Assembly: GCA_051362555.1 (NCBI GenBank)
Contig: CM120643.1
Location: 2,170,001 to 2,234,000, forward strand
Reading direction: 5' to 3'
Origin: Lingula anatina
Lineage: Eukaryota > Animalia > Brachiopoda
Length of the DNA: 64,000 nucleotides
This document shows positions 37,954 to 50,403 of the stretch, in pieces. A program made the position numbers and the translations under genes. The notes beneath the pieces were generated by a model that was not told the DNA's origin, did no database searches, and saw only the letters and a program-made list of their open reading frames with translations. Position 1 is the first letter of the stretch; every line of letters starts with the position of its first letter.

Positions 37954-38115
37954 GGAGCAGTTGGCGAATAAAAGATTTTGTATAGTCACTGGTTCTCCGA
38001 GTTAATTCAATAACATGAACAGGGGGAGAAAAAAGCACCTCTGAGGGTCTATTACAAACGTGCGACAGTATAAGTTATTTTAAATGCATGAATTGTGATA
38101 TGTAGAAGCCATACG

Positions 38116-38152
<37 letters not shown>

Positions 38153-38279
38153 AATAATAATAAAAATTTTAAAATAATGCAAGTCAAAGGCTTATTTATT
38201 TATTTAAATAATATGTACTTTCGGGTATAAAATGCCCTGGAAAAAGCTTATCGCCTTTTTTCAGTGCCTTCTTAAGAAG

Positions 38280-38602
38280 CTTGAGTGGCAGTACATTGCG
38301 TATGACATACGTGCCCTACGTGTAATTAGGGAGTCCAGAATGCCATAAATATCATAATTGAAATGTCCACAATGCCAGGAAAGGGTTAGTTTGGGCTATA
38401 TCTGTGGTGTTTGATGAATATCATTTTAAGTCTTAGTGGATACAAGGCTCAGGGGTGTCTGCAGCTGTGTCATTGTGATTTTATGTCCTTGTCACAGGGA
38501 ATTGTCAACTGCTCTTACAGCCCAATCCGTGCCCTGCCCCTGGATATACCTGTATCACGTAATACAACTGTACTGGATCTACGGTCTGCCTGAGATCCCA
38601 CC
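38280..38602 (+). pseudogene. TLR 5' relic 2 (signal peptide, LRRNT and first LRR only)
   Basis: ATG 38372 followed by an early in-frame TAG. CHCDF..QGIVNCSY..RNTTVLDLR is homologous to TLR A, then truncated. Confidence 0.85.
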
Positions 38603-38658
38603 GAACGCACGTAGCGTCCTAACAAAGACGGCCAATCATAAAGCTCGATTGGTGAAGA

Positions 38659-38669
38659 GGGAATTCCCC
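38659..38669 (+). promoter_or_regulatory. kB-type site GGGAATTCCCC (copy 3), ~770 bp upstream of the TLR B ATG
   Basis: Exact motif with upstream CCAATCA. Confidence 0.55.
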
Positions 38670-41583
38670 ACAGCTGTTGGCGAACAAAAGATTTGTAAAC
38701 GCACGCGCTCTCCAAGTTAATGGGGGTCATATATATATATATATATATATATATCAGAAATTGAATGCTGACCGAACTCTTAATAGTGAAAAAATATATA
38801 AAAATTATAAAATCCAATAGATGTAAAAATAAAGTGTTTGATAAGTGTATTCAAAATTCTCTTGGGGTCGGTGCTATCATACACACTCTCCCCCATACTG
38901 GTTTTGTTTTTGGTAAGAGTTCCTTATTTTATTTCACTCTTAATTTTCTTCAATACGTTCTTTATTCAGCAACTCCTTAAATAAATCTTAGAAATCCTAG
39001 AATAAAAGAGGTCTTGATGTTCCATACTCGTGGGCTTCGGACTTGTGGTTGTGAACACAAAGGACCGCAAGGTAAACACAAGGTTTATTATACAGGCTAT
39101 ACGCTATTTTATAGCCTTTCACAGGCCTTCTGAACTTTCTTTTAATACATTTTAACCTTGTCTGTACAAAATCAGGAAGAAAAAATAATGGGGAAGGGGG
39201 AAGTAACCAAGAGAAGATGTTTTATTTAATGTACTGCTTTTATGTAAATCAATCAGAGTCGGTCTCACAAGCAAAGCGGAAGAGTAATACGATATACATG
39301 AATAGGCGCCTACCAGAATGTAACTGCATGAGTGGCAGTTCAGTAATGTCTTGGTGTTGGGTATGTTAATAATGCCCTGCTCGCATGTAAGGAGTCCAGA
39401 TTGCCGCGAATGTCGCTAACAGAGGTTTCCACGATGCCAGGAAAAGGTCACTTATGGCCGTATCTGTGTTGTTTGGTGTACGCCATTCTTAGTATTGGCG
39501 GATGCAAGGCACACGAGTGTCCAGTGCCATGCCATTGCAATTTTACGTCTTCATCACGGGGAATTGTCAACTGCTCTTATAGCCGTGCCTTGTCCCTGGA
39601 TAAACCTATGCCACGTAATACAACTGTTCTGGATCTACGGTACACCGGTCTGTCTGAGATCCCACCTCACGTTTTTAGTCAACTGGAAAATCTGAAAATA
39701 CTGTATGTCGGAGGCAACTACATAACATACTTTCATAAAGATAGTTTTGCAGGTTTATGGTCTTTGGAACACTTGGATTTGTCTCCCCTTTATTTGGATA
39801 CGAATTTCGATTATGAAGCATTCCCCGTGAGCTTGTTCCAGGACCTAATGCAGTTAAAAGTTCTGATATTTGGAAAAATGGGCATCACTGCGCAAGTGCA
39901 AAAAGGTTATTTAGACCGAACATTAGCCCCCTTACATCGATTGCAACAGGTGTTTTTTCCGAGACTACCACAGCATGATTTGGTACTTGGTCCCGGTTAC
40001 AGAAATCTCACCTCACTTAAAACAGTTGTGTTTCATGGTCATGGATCCGTAGCACACCTTAGAAAACACTCTTTTGCCACGGTGAAAAATTGTCCCATTG
40101 AACGGCTAGCTTTCATCGGATGCAGTCTTGACACCGTAGAATACGGCACAATGTCTTCATTTCCACATTTGAAAACACTGGATATAGAGGGCGCATCGTT
40201 TAGCACTGTCGGAGAGGTTGAAAAGGTCATTTGTGACCTGAACAATACCGCCATTGAAACGCTTCGCATGAGCAACATATTCTCATGGCGAAATGGAAAA
40301 CTCACTGTGGAAGAGTGGAAATTGTCTGTTGACACCTTTCAATGTTTGGGATCCGCATCACTTAAGTCACTAGAATTACTTCATGATAGAATTACCGGGA
40401 TTGACATTCAAAATTTTGATTTTCTAACTCATTTAGAATATTTAGATTTGTCTGGTAACACCGTTTTATTTTTATTAAAAAATAATACACAACCAACCGG
40501 TTGGGATATTATATATCATCAATTTCTATCACTCTCAAATCTTACTTTTTTTAGGATGGACTACAATGTCTATCGCAAGTTGGTGAATGGTTGGTGAATG
40601 CCCTAAATGTTCCATCAAACTTATTTTGGTATGGCTATCCAAAACTACCTTTAGAACCAGTCAAACTTCAAAACTCATTGCAGAAAAAACATGAAGGTCC
40701 CCAACAAAATTTTAATATTAGTGGTCCAATTTTAAAAATACATTTGCCTGAAAATGTCGAATTCTGGTCTACAAGCTGGTGGGGCACGGATGATGATACT
40801 TTTGTAAAGTGCCACCATTTAAATAAAGATTTTTATTTCTATCCAAACAAGGTCAGATATCTCAAAATAGAGGACCTGAATTTGAATTTAAAAGAATTTT
40901 GTCCCGTTTTATATGGCTTAGATAGACTAGAGTTCCTGGATTTTTCTCATAACGGCATTCAATACCTGCCAAAGAATTTTTTCAATAATTTCATCTCACT
41001 GATATACTTGTATGTGAAAGACAACAATTTAGGTCCTTTGATTGCTAAAAGTGGTCTCCTTCCCATACAACTCCCACATTTAGAAATCCTCGATTTATCA
41101 GTGAACAAAATCAGCACAATACCAAAAGGCTTCTTTGACTATCTTGCTTCTTTGAGACATCTGGACCTCAGCGATAATCGAATATCAACATTATCTTTTA
41201 ACCTGACAAACTTACTTTCCATAGAATACATAGATATAAGCACTAATCAACTAACTGACTTCTCGACATCGGAGTTGGACCATATTAGGAAAGTGAATGC
41301 CAGTAGTCTGAATGTTACATTGAACATGAGCAACAATCCCATGGACTGCAACGTTTGTGACGGGATAAGATTTCTCCGTTTGATTATCCACTCCAACATG
41401 ACGACAATATTCTCCAACGACTCCACCTGTTACGTGGATGGATCTAAAACAATTTTAGAGAGAAAACTGAGTAGACTTGAGAGGGAATGCGACAGCTTTC
41501 CACAAACTGTCACTTCACCAAACCAGTGGCTTTTCTTGGGAGCATCTCTTGGTAGCATAGCTGCTGCGATCTGTGGTCTTATA

Positions 41584-43245
41584 CAGACTTGACATTTAAT
41601 ATGGAATATTTCAGTTTCGAAGGTATGCCTGGGTAAAAATGCATCCTTTTTTCAAAAAACTCAGATCTCATATAAGATATGTGAATGGAGAAGTGTGTAG
41701 TCAGGTGTGTCGCTTCCAATTCACTGAATTCCAGGTTTGTTGCGCTGCTGCATTACGTAATATGCAGTGATTTAATTGGGTAGTGCTCCTTTGGGCAGGT
41801 CAAAGCTTGGCTTTGGCAAAGCATGGTTCTTCCCAAAAAGTATCCATATGTCGGTAACTACTGCATAGAAGAATTTGAAATTTGGCATGCAAGTGGTCAG
41901 TTTTGCAAGGTGTAAAATGAGCTATGCACTGCTCCGCAAATTTGTTAATCTGTGGCAGAATGGCTCGAAAAAGCCAGGCATTGTCAGACAGATAATTGCG
42001 CCAAACGAAACGGTCCGCACAGTTTTATAGAGTAATGTCCAGACTGATGCACCTACACAGAGACCACACCCAATGTATTGAAATCTTACCACCAGGGTAC
42101 AGGACGTACTGTCTGTCGGGATATGTTGTTGCAACTAAACAAAAACCACCCAGTCCGTTCAGAATGAGGGGTAAATTGCCACCAAAACGCATTTTTCAAG
42201 GCCCTTAGCGAACACCAAACTGGTTTTAGCTGGTTAGAATACCAGACGACCTCGGGGGAACCCACTGTAAACAGCAAAACATCGCTGTTATGTTTCTCTA
42301 ATGAATTGGGGACCTTGACTGTTTCTGAGTTGAACACTGAAAACTCGTGGCTTTCTTTATTGAGGTCAGTTTTCACCTATACCGCTCAACTTGTCAAAAC
42401 AGAATTTACAGACATCCAGAAGAGGCCAACAACTAAGCGTGTGCCGCGTTTAAAGTGACTAAGTTCATTAACAGCGTCGGTAATTAGAGCGGATACCACA
42501 TTGGTGCCAAAACACCAATGATGGTCATCCACGAAAACCTGAACCAGATCAAATAAAGGAATAATCTGGGAACCACTTGACTATAATTTGACAGGGGGCA
42601 CCTTAGGAACAATTTTAGGTTGAACTGTGAAATTGCCGGTACACACAGAGCACTTTTAAAAGCAGATTACTTACAGAACCAAGGGAATGAGCAGCTACCT
42701 TGGTAACTAAAACCGCCACATTTGAACCACATAGACAATATGTGGGTAGGCCATTACTCACCGAATCAATGGCCTACATGTCCTACAACAAAACTGGACC
42801 AAATTGGACAGATTTTGACCGATGCCTGGAATGTTATTCCAGATTTAACTCTAAAAACCTAACCCAAGGAATGCCTTGCCCCTTGACAGCGCTGGTAGCA
42901 GACAGAAGAGGTCAAGCGTAACAGCGACCGTTACTGTGACTAGACACTGACATGGGGGTTCTTTGTGAGGCGTGTAACTCTTTTACAGAAAATAATTTGG
43001 AAAATATGGAGATCCAAAATATCTCTTTTAATTGTTGACGTATGACATAGAATAGGCAATGTGTTTTTGTTTGCTTCTCTGGCAAATTCCATTAATTAAC
43101 TGAAGACACAATGACATCAAAAGGATAATTAAAAGTTATTAAAACCCAATTTTAAGCCTTATTTTCATTTATCAGTCAGCAAAATAGGAAAAAACTGATG
43201 AAAAATGATTTGGAAAAAAATATTCCATATTAAATGTCAAGTCTG
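41584..43245 (+). mobile_element. Tc1/mariner element with decayed transposase
   Basis: TA TSD (41582-83, 43246-47) and 28-bp TIR cagacttgacatttaatatggaatattt. Transposase relics LPW*LKPPHLNHIDNMW (cf. WPxxSPDLNPIE), LTDAWNVIP and NLTQGMPCPLTALVADRRG lie at ~42690-42920. Confidence 0.9.
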
Positions 43246-43769
43246 TAGTAGTTTACATTTACCGTTGGAATATCAAGTAAGTTGAGTATGAGTGTGTGTA
43301 AAAAGGTTTCATTTTATATTGATTAAATACATGTCAAAAAATGGAGAGAAAATATATAATTTATATAATAATTAGGGTTTGTTGTGCTCTTTTTGCAATA
43401 TATATTGCGTATAGCGAATGAATATAAAGAATATAGTATTAAAATGAAAATTAAAGCAAACAATTATAATAAAATATTGGTTAAGTGATCCACTGAAAAC
43501 TAATAATGAAAAGACACAATTCATTAAAACGTGTGTAAGCCGTATCTAAAGCGTTTAGTCCAACATTTCGGTAAAACATAATTGTCGTGGTTCCCGATTA
43601 ACTTTTTATTGTTTCTCTCAATTTTATAGATACCACTTCTTCCTTCTTCGGGGAAGTTTTCGAAAGAGAGGGCATAACTGTAATACCTCTTCACGTGCAC
43701 GCCTCCTTTGACGACAACGATTATCATTGGGTGACACAAGTGCTTCTACATCATCTAGAAGATGAGGAT

Positions 43770-44132
43770 AATAATAATAATAATAATAATAAGATTCTTA
43801 TATGGCGCCTTACATTCTATCTCAAGGCGCCTTACAATAATGGCTAATATACTAAAATCATTAAAATGACTACAATATTTTAATCATAAACTCTCACTGG
43901 AAACCATTTAAAATTTACACTACTAAAAATCAATCTTATTAAAAAAACATATATATATATATATTAAAATAAAATCTAAGAGATATAGACAGAATTAAAA
44001 ATGTGGGTCTTTAAAAGAGATTTAAAATTGTCAAAGTATTCTGTTTTTCTAATAAAATTTGGTAGACCATTCCACACTTTTGGGGCGTAGATTATAAATG
44101 CACGATCTCCATAACTTTTTAGGCAACTTTTT
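43770..44132 (-). mobile_element. 5'-truncated L2/CR1-group LINE fragment
   Basis: ORF2 C-terminal motif YGDRAFIIYAPKVWNGLP..FKSLLKTHIF, L2-type 3' end tgtaaggcgccttgag..aaggcgccatata, (TTA)n tail, and AGGAT TSD at 43765-69 and 44133-37. Confidence 0.88.
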
Positions 44133-44215
44133 AGGATCAACTTGATGTCATCATAGATCAAAGAGATTTCATTGGTAGCGCTTCATTTTCCGAGGCCATA
44201 GAGGCCATCGTTTTG

Positions 44216-44216
<1 letters not shown>

Positions 44217-44250
<34 letters not shown>
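44217..44250. repeat. (CA)n microsatellite at the TIR deletion junction
   Basis: Direct reading. Confidence 0.9.
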
Positions 44251-44254
<4 letters not shown>

Positions 44255-45055
44255 GTTACATCACAGCGTCTTAGAACTGAGTTGAAGATACATGTACATA
44301 GTTTAACTACGGATGTATCTGATTGCAAATATGTATGTCACTATTCTTGTAAGTACAATCCACAAAATACTATATTATGTATAGACTTCTATGGGTGCAT
44401 GTTTACATGATATATATGTAAAATATTTCAATCGATTTTAAACCTTAAATAATGAACAAAAACGGAAATAAGTTATCGGTGTTAGAGTATTATGGCAACA
44501 AACTTACAAACTTGTTCTTGTTAATGTTAAGGAAGTGAGATTAAAACGGCTCACCTACAGGGCAAAACAGGTGCAAAGATAAATAATCCCTATTGTAGCT
44601 TTTGTAAGATAACTATAAAAGCAGCTTAAAACCTACTTATTGACCTTGAAATAGTTTAGCAATTGTGGATAGAAGTACAACAATGGATACATCAATAGGC
44701 GTCAGTTAAACAATATCATCTTTACACATAATTGTGGAAAGTTGTAACAGTGTGTGAAATATTTTGATTTAAACTAAACATTTTGTCAGTTTGCGAAGAA
44801 ATAATACAACAAAGCACTGTAATTACTTTTGTGCAGTAGAGTGCAGATATGTGTGTGTGAAATCGAGCATATAACATTTTAATTCTATTAACTGTATTTT
44901 GTATTTGATAAAAATAAATAGAACATTAGTTCTGAAAACTTATATAGTAGAAATATAATGCTGCAGCTAACAATTCAGCTCCGTTCAAGAGTCAATATTC
45001 TTATGTTGTACCAGTTTAACAAAGACCGTCCAATCATAAAATTCGATGGGTAAAA

Positions 45056-45066
45056 GGGAATTCCCC
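45056..45066 (+). promoter_or_regulatory. kB-type site GGGAATTCCCC (copy 4)
   Basis: Exact motif. Confidence 0.55.
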
Positions 45067-45156
45067 GGAGCAGTTGGCTAATAAAATATTTTGTATACTC
45101 ACTGGTTCTCCGAGTTAATTCAATTAATGAACAGGGGGAGAGAAAAAGCACCTCTG

Positions 45157-45219
<63 letters not shown>

Positions 45220-45304
45220 CTTTATTTTCCACGATGCATTCTGTATTCAGCAGATGTTATATAAAAAGCGCCACTTTGCAGAATGATAAAGAGTTGTGGT
45301 GTTT

Positions 45305-46230
45305 GATACTCGTGGGGATCTGACTTGTGGTTGTGAACACAAAGGACCGCAGGGTAAACACAGGGATAATTCTACAGGTTATACGCCATTTACAGACCTT
45401 CCTAACTTTTGTTTAATAAATGTTTCTATACAAAAACTGGAGGAAAAAAACATATAGGGGAAGTAACCAGAGAAGGTACTTTATTTACTGAACTACTCGT
45501 GTTTAAACCAATCATAGCCGGTTTCGCAACCAAAGCGGAAGAGTAATACGAAATACTGTATAAGTCAAAGTCAAAGGCTTATTTAATTTAAAATATATGT
45601 ATTATGCACTATCAGGTATAAATTGCCCTGTAAAAAGCTTATCGCCAATTATCAGTGCCTTCTTAAGAGAAGAGTTTGAGTGGCAGTACATTGCGTGTGA
45701 CATACGTGCCCTACGTGTAATTAGGGAGTCCAGAATGCCATAAATATAATAATAATAAGTTTATTGAGCACTAAATGATATGAATACATTTGCAGGCTCT
45801 CTAGACTACATTATTTACACAATATATATGGATATACAATTATATATGCTTACATATGTAATATGTTAAATTACACATGTATTAATGCATATTATGCTAT
45901 GGGATAAATTAATTAAGCTATTCACAGCATTATTGACGATTAGTGGCTGTGAAGTACTAAATTTCAGGTGAACTGTGTAAATATCATAACTGAAATGTCC
46001 ACAGTGTCAGGAAAGGGTTAGTTTGGGCTATATCTGTGGTGTTTGATGAATATCATTTTAAGTCTTAGTGGACACAAGGCTCAGGGGTGTCCGTGGCTTT
46101 GTCATTGTGGTTTTACGTCCTTGTCACAGGGAATTGTCAACTGCTCTTACAGCCCAATCCGTGCCCTGCCCCTGCCCACGTAATAGTGTTCTGGATGTAC
46201 GGTATACGGTCTGTCTGAGATCCCACCAAA
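45305..46230 (+). pseudogene. TLR 5' relic 3 (upstream region plus decayed signal peptide/LRRNT)
   Basis: 45305-45555 matches the TLR upstream region. 45980-46230 matches relic 2, with the start codon lost (GTG). Confidence 0.8.
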
Positions 46231-46284
46231 CGCGCGTACCGTCTTAACAAAGACTGTCCAATCATAAAGCTCGATGGGTGAAGA

Positions 46285-46295
46285 GGGAATTCCCC
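46285..46295 (+). promoter_or_regulatory. kB-type site GGGAATTCCCC (copy 5)
   Basis: Exact motif. Confidence 0.55.
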
Positions 46296-47612
46296 ACAGC
46301 TGTTGGTGAACAAAAGATTTGTACACGCACGGGTTCTCCAAGTAAATTCAGTTACATGAACGGGGGGGGGGGGGGGGGGGGGGGGGGGAGCACTGAGGAT
46401 TTGTTACAATTGTGTATCAGTATAAGCTATTTTTAATACATGGACTTTTACCATGTAGAAACCTACATATATACATTTTTGAGATACCACTCTCTCACTT
46501 TTTGCTGCAGTCGACCCTTAAACCTGAAAGCTTCGGAAGCGTGTAAGGGCCAAAACTCAAAAATAAAGGCAAAACATCACACATTAATCTCAACGTTCAT
46601 ATTGACGGGGACTGAAGGAAAGAAAGAACCTTCTGCTGAACCTGGAGGGGTTGGGGAAGGTAACGGTTAAACGTACTGTAATACCTGATTGCTTCCAACA
46701 ACTGTGATTAGCACGTTGCTGGGTATTTCATTTAGGATTTTGAAAACCCAAAGACGATAATGAAGTGACGGCAGCAATATAAAAATCTGGCATTTCGGAA
46801 ATGACTTCCAGATGAAGTTTTCGCCTTTGTTTTCCCTTATCTACTTTTAGCTTTGAGTTCTTTATAAAACCTAAAAAACATGCTTAGTGTATTGATGTAT
46901 GTTTATTTTATTTATTTATTCATTTATATTTAACATTTTGTGCAATGAGAGTTTGTTCACTCGTAATGAAATGATGGACTACTCCAAAGGAATATTGAAT
47001 TTATGATTTCAATTAGTTTAAACTAAGACAAAAATGTAACTTACAACCAGCCCATGAGTATTCAATTATTATCCCAAGTCCCACCTTCAAGTTACAGTAT
47101 ATTCATTTGGGTACCTCATTGTTAATAATACTAATTTAAAGAGAAAAGAGTGAATGCATGATTTGAAATATATATATTTAATCCTTATTCACAAGAGTTG
47201 ATGATAATTGATAATTTCATTACTCTCAATATCGACTCTCGTTGGAAAATGGCACCAAACATGAATAAGCCGATACTTTGCTTTAAAACCAGTTCTATAT
47301 CAGTTCAACATAAATCATTTAACTTGGACGTGATAATAAGTATAGAAGACAAATGCCAGAATCCGTTTTATGAGGTAACAAGAAAAGATACCGACCGTTT
47401 TCGAAACAATGTGTACTGTATAATAATGATAATAATAATAATGCATATTATGCCTAGCCCTACCCATGGAAAGGAAAGACATGCTGAACCGCACCAGAGT
47501 ATGGTGATTAAACCCAGTGCTGCTATAAACTAATGAGATTTAGGTAAATTATTTTAAAAGATGAATGAACACAGAGACATCTATTCACAATTAAGCTCAA
47601 TCTATACCGACC

Positions 47613-47685
47613 GGTTCAATAGTGTAGTGGCTATCACGCTCGCCTCACACGCGAGAGGTCCTGGGTTCAAACCCCAGTTGAACCA
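47613..47685 (+). tRNA. tRNA-Val(CAC), best-paired copy
   Basis: Perfect acceptor stem GGTTCAA/TTGAACC, CAC anticodon, T-loop GTTCAAA, downstream TTTT. Confidence 0.9.
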
Positions 47686-48766
47686 TGCATAACAACTTCT
47701 TTTCACAAAACCATAATAAAGTTGATTTTGTAGTATCTAAATTGGGACGCTGATCAGTGTGGCATTTGATGTATTAACCCAAGTGATTGCAGTAGCTGCA
47801 CGTGATGTGTTTTGTATCTTCTCTGTCGCAATCAATGTTCCACGTGACTCTGCTGTTGTACAATGGTCTTGACTTCTAGTATTTTAGATTTAAAACTAGA
47901 AATAAAGTTTTGCTAATAAATGCACATTGGGTTTGTTTTTGAAGAAAATTTAAATTACATAGCAGAAATGTGAACATGTGTAGCTAGGTGTGTCGGTTTA
48001 TGTCCACCTGCCTACCTTTTAAGAAGGGCTACATTTTGTAAAATTTAAAATATAAAAAAACAAAAACAGGTATATCATGACGTTCAATATTTCAGGAAAT
48101 AAAGTTGCTGTCTTCAATACTAAAAAGGCTGACACCTATGTCAATCTTAAATCTAATTTGCAAAATCAACCTTTTTTTGCTCAGTGGTGCGTTTAATGAA
48201 AAAAAAAAATTTTTCAAACATATGAACTTGTAAACAATATACCATTTTATTGCCTTGCCTACAACAATGAACAACTTTTTCTTAAAGCCAAAGATGCTTT
48301 TTACAGGGAAAGAAATGTGTACACAAATTCAAAATATGAATAAATTTTCACCCTTTCACATCCTTCTTTTAAACAAACAAGACCAGCTCCTTCTCCCCAG
48401 AGACATCTGTTTCTTTCCAAATATAAACTGCTTTCTCATTCACTAAGTATGCACGATTCCTTTTAATTATTTTTATTTTCATCTCCAATATTGTTTAGCA
48501 TCCCGTAGGTGACTCATTTTGATAACATGCCATATGCCAAGTCATGACACTGAATTCGCTGTAAACACTTTATATTTTTTTTTATTTTTCATCTTAAAAA
48601 TGATCCATCTATGATGATATCATAGATACTATGAACTTATAATGTCGTTTTATAAATGTGATCCACGTCTAGTACTTTTTAAACACGTAAATGGGTGACG
48701 AGGGCTACTTTTATATTACCATATCAGCTCTATCTGACATGAATTTCAACTGAGTAGATTCTTGTT

Positions 48767-48972
<206 letters not shown>

Positions 48973-49415
48973 AGAGTGAGAGTCACCCCCAAAGCTCGGG
49001 TTCCCCGGAGTGCTGTCGGAGGACAGTGTTTGCGTCAATGGCTGTCATTTCTGTGCCCATGCACCCTCTAAACCGCCGTCCCATCACCAAGCGACGAGCT
49101 GTACGCACATCACTCCACCAACACAGCAGTTTATTATGTATGCTCCTTGTTCATGTACAGTAGCTAAATGCCTTCCGTCTGTGTCATAATACCGCCATGC
49201 GGGGCCACTAACGGACAGAAGCTACATGCGACAACTGGTTTTATACATGTTAATTTAAAACAAAAGCAATACATCATTATCAAAGTTAAGGATATTGTCA
49301 CCCTTCGCCCAAAACTCCTTATTAACTGACTTACATACATTCTTTGGGGTAATAAATAAATCTTCAGTGATCATTGACTCAATTAAGTAATATTTACACT
49401 CTCTCTCGTTGGTCC

Positions 49416-49417
<2 letters not shown>

Positions 49418-49494
<77 letters not shown>
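49418..49494. repeat. (TA)n microsatellite
   Basis: Direct reading. Confidence 0.95.
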
Positions 49495-49496
<2 letters not shown>

Positions 49497-50403
49497 GGGC
49501 CAACGAGAGAGAGTATATATATATATATATTCTATTTCGAATGAAATTTTGAATTCCACAGAAAAGATGAAGTGATAACATTTAAAAGAAATCATTTAAA
49601 TTTCAAACCGGTACTGCGGTGGAGTTGCCATGCAATCCAGGACATTTAACCTACATAACTTCATTAAATTTACACAAATAACTTAAATGTGTTGTCTACA
49701 ATGTCAACAAACATTGTTTTAACAGTAGTTCTAAAACGGATTTAGTTTTCTTGATCGTTGCCGGTATCTCAGTCAGTAAATATCACTGCCGTAGACGTCG
49801 TTCGCTGGAAAATCCTTTAACGCAAAGTCATTGTTTATCTTACCGGAAGAGAACATTTGTAATGTGGGTGGAAATTCAGTTGAATCCGAAACGCAGCGAG
49901 TTCAGTTTCATATTATACCCGTGACTAGATTATAGTGCGGTGTGTGCCACATGATAAATGATGATAGGAAATAGAAGTTACTTTAAAAGCATTTGTAACG
50001 CTTACGGGAATGACATTTTTGCCTCCAACAAACCATTTTTGAGAGTTTGTTAGGAGATCGACTGGGGTACGCTTTATTAAAGTATTTTTGGCTCGGATAT
50101 TTTATTTGGAATTACTGATCAAACCAGTTATTGAGCCATGTAATTTCGCAGCGACAGAAAGAAAGATTCGGTATTCTTCATATATCCTTAATAGAACGGT
50201 GAGTTTCTGTTGTTTTTTTCTCCTCTGTATGATTTTATTTGGCACACGTACCTTTGCCTTAGTGCATATAAATTCTATAAAAACATAATTTGAGGAATTG
50301 TTAATTAATTATTACATCTGGTACACTGCATCTAAAACTTAAAAGAAATGTGGAAAACGTAAGACGTTCACTTAGGCATGTTTGTTTCACTTTCAGCATA
50401 ACA

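Larger units (their letters stand above)
39434..44210 (+). pseudogene. TLR B, disrupted paralogue of TLR A
   Basis: Lesions: an 11-bp tandem duplication gttggtgaatg (40579-40600) frameshifts the ectodomain; a Tc1 inserts in the TM codons at 41584; exon 2 (from 43630) has a 2-nt frameshift, an L2 insertion, and loses most of the TIR after ~44210. Confidence 0.92.
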
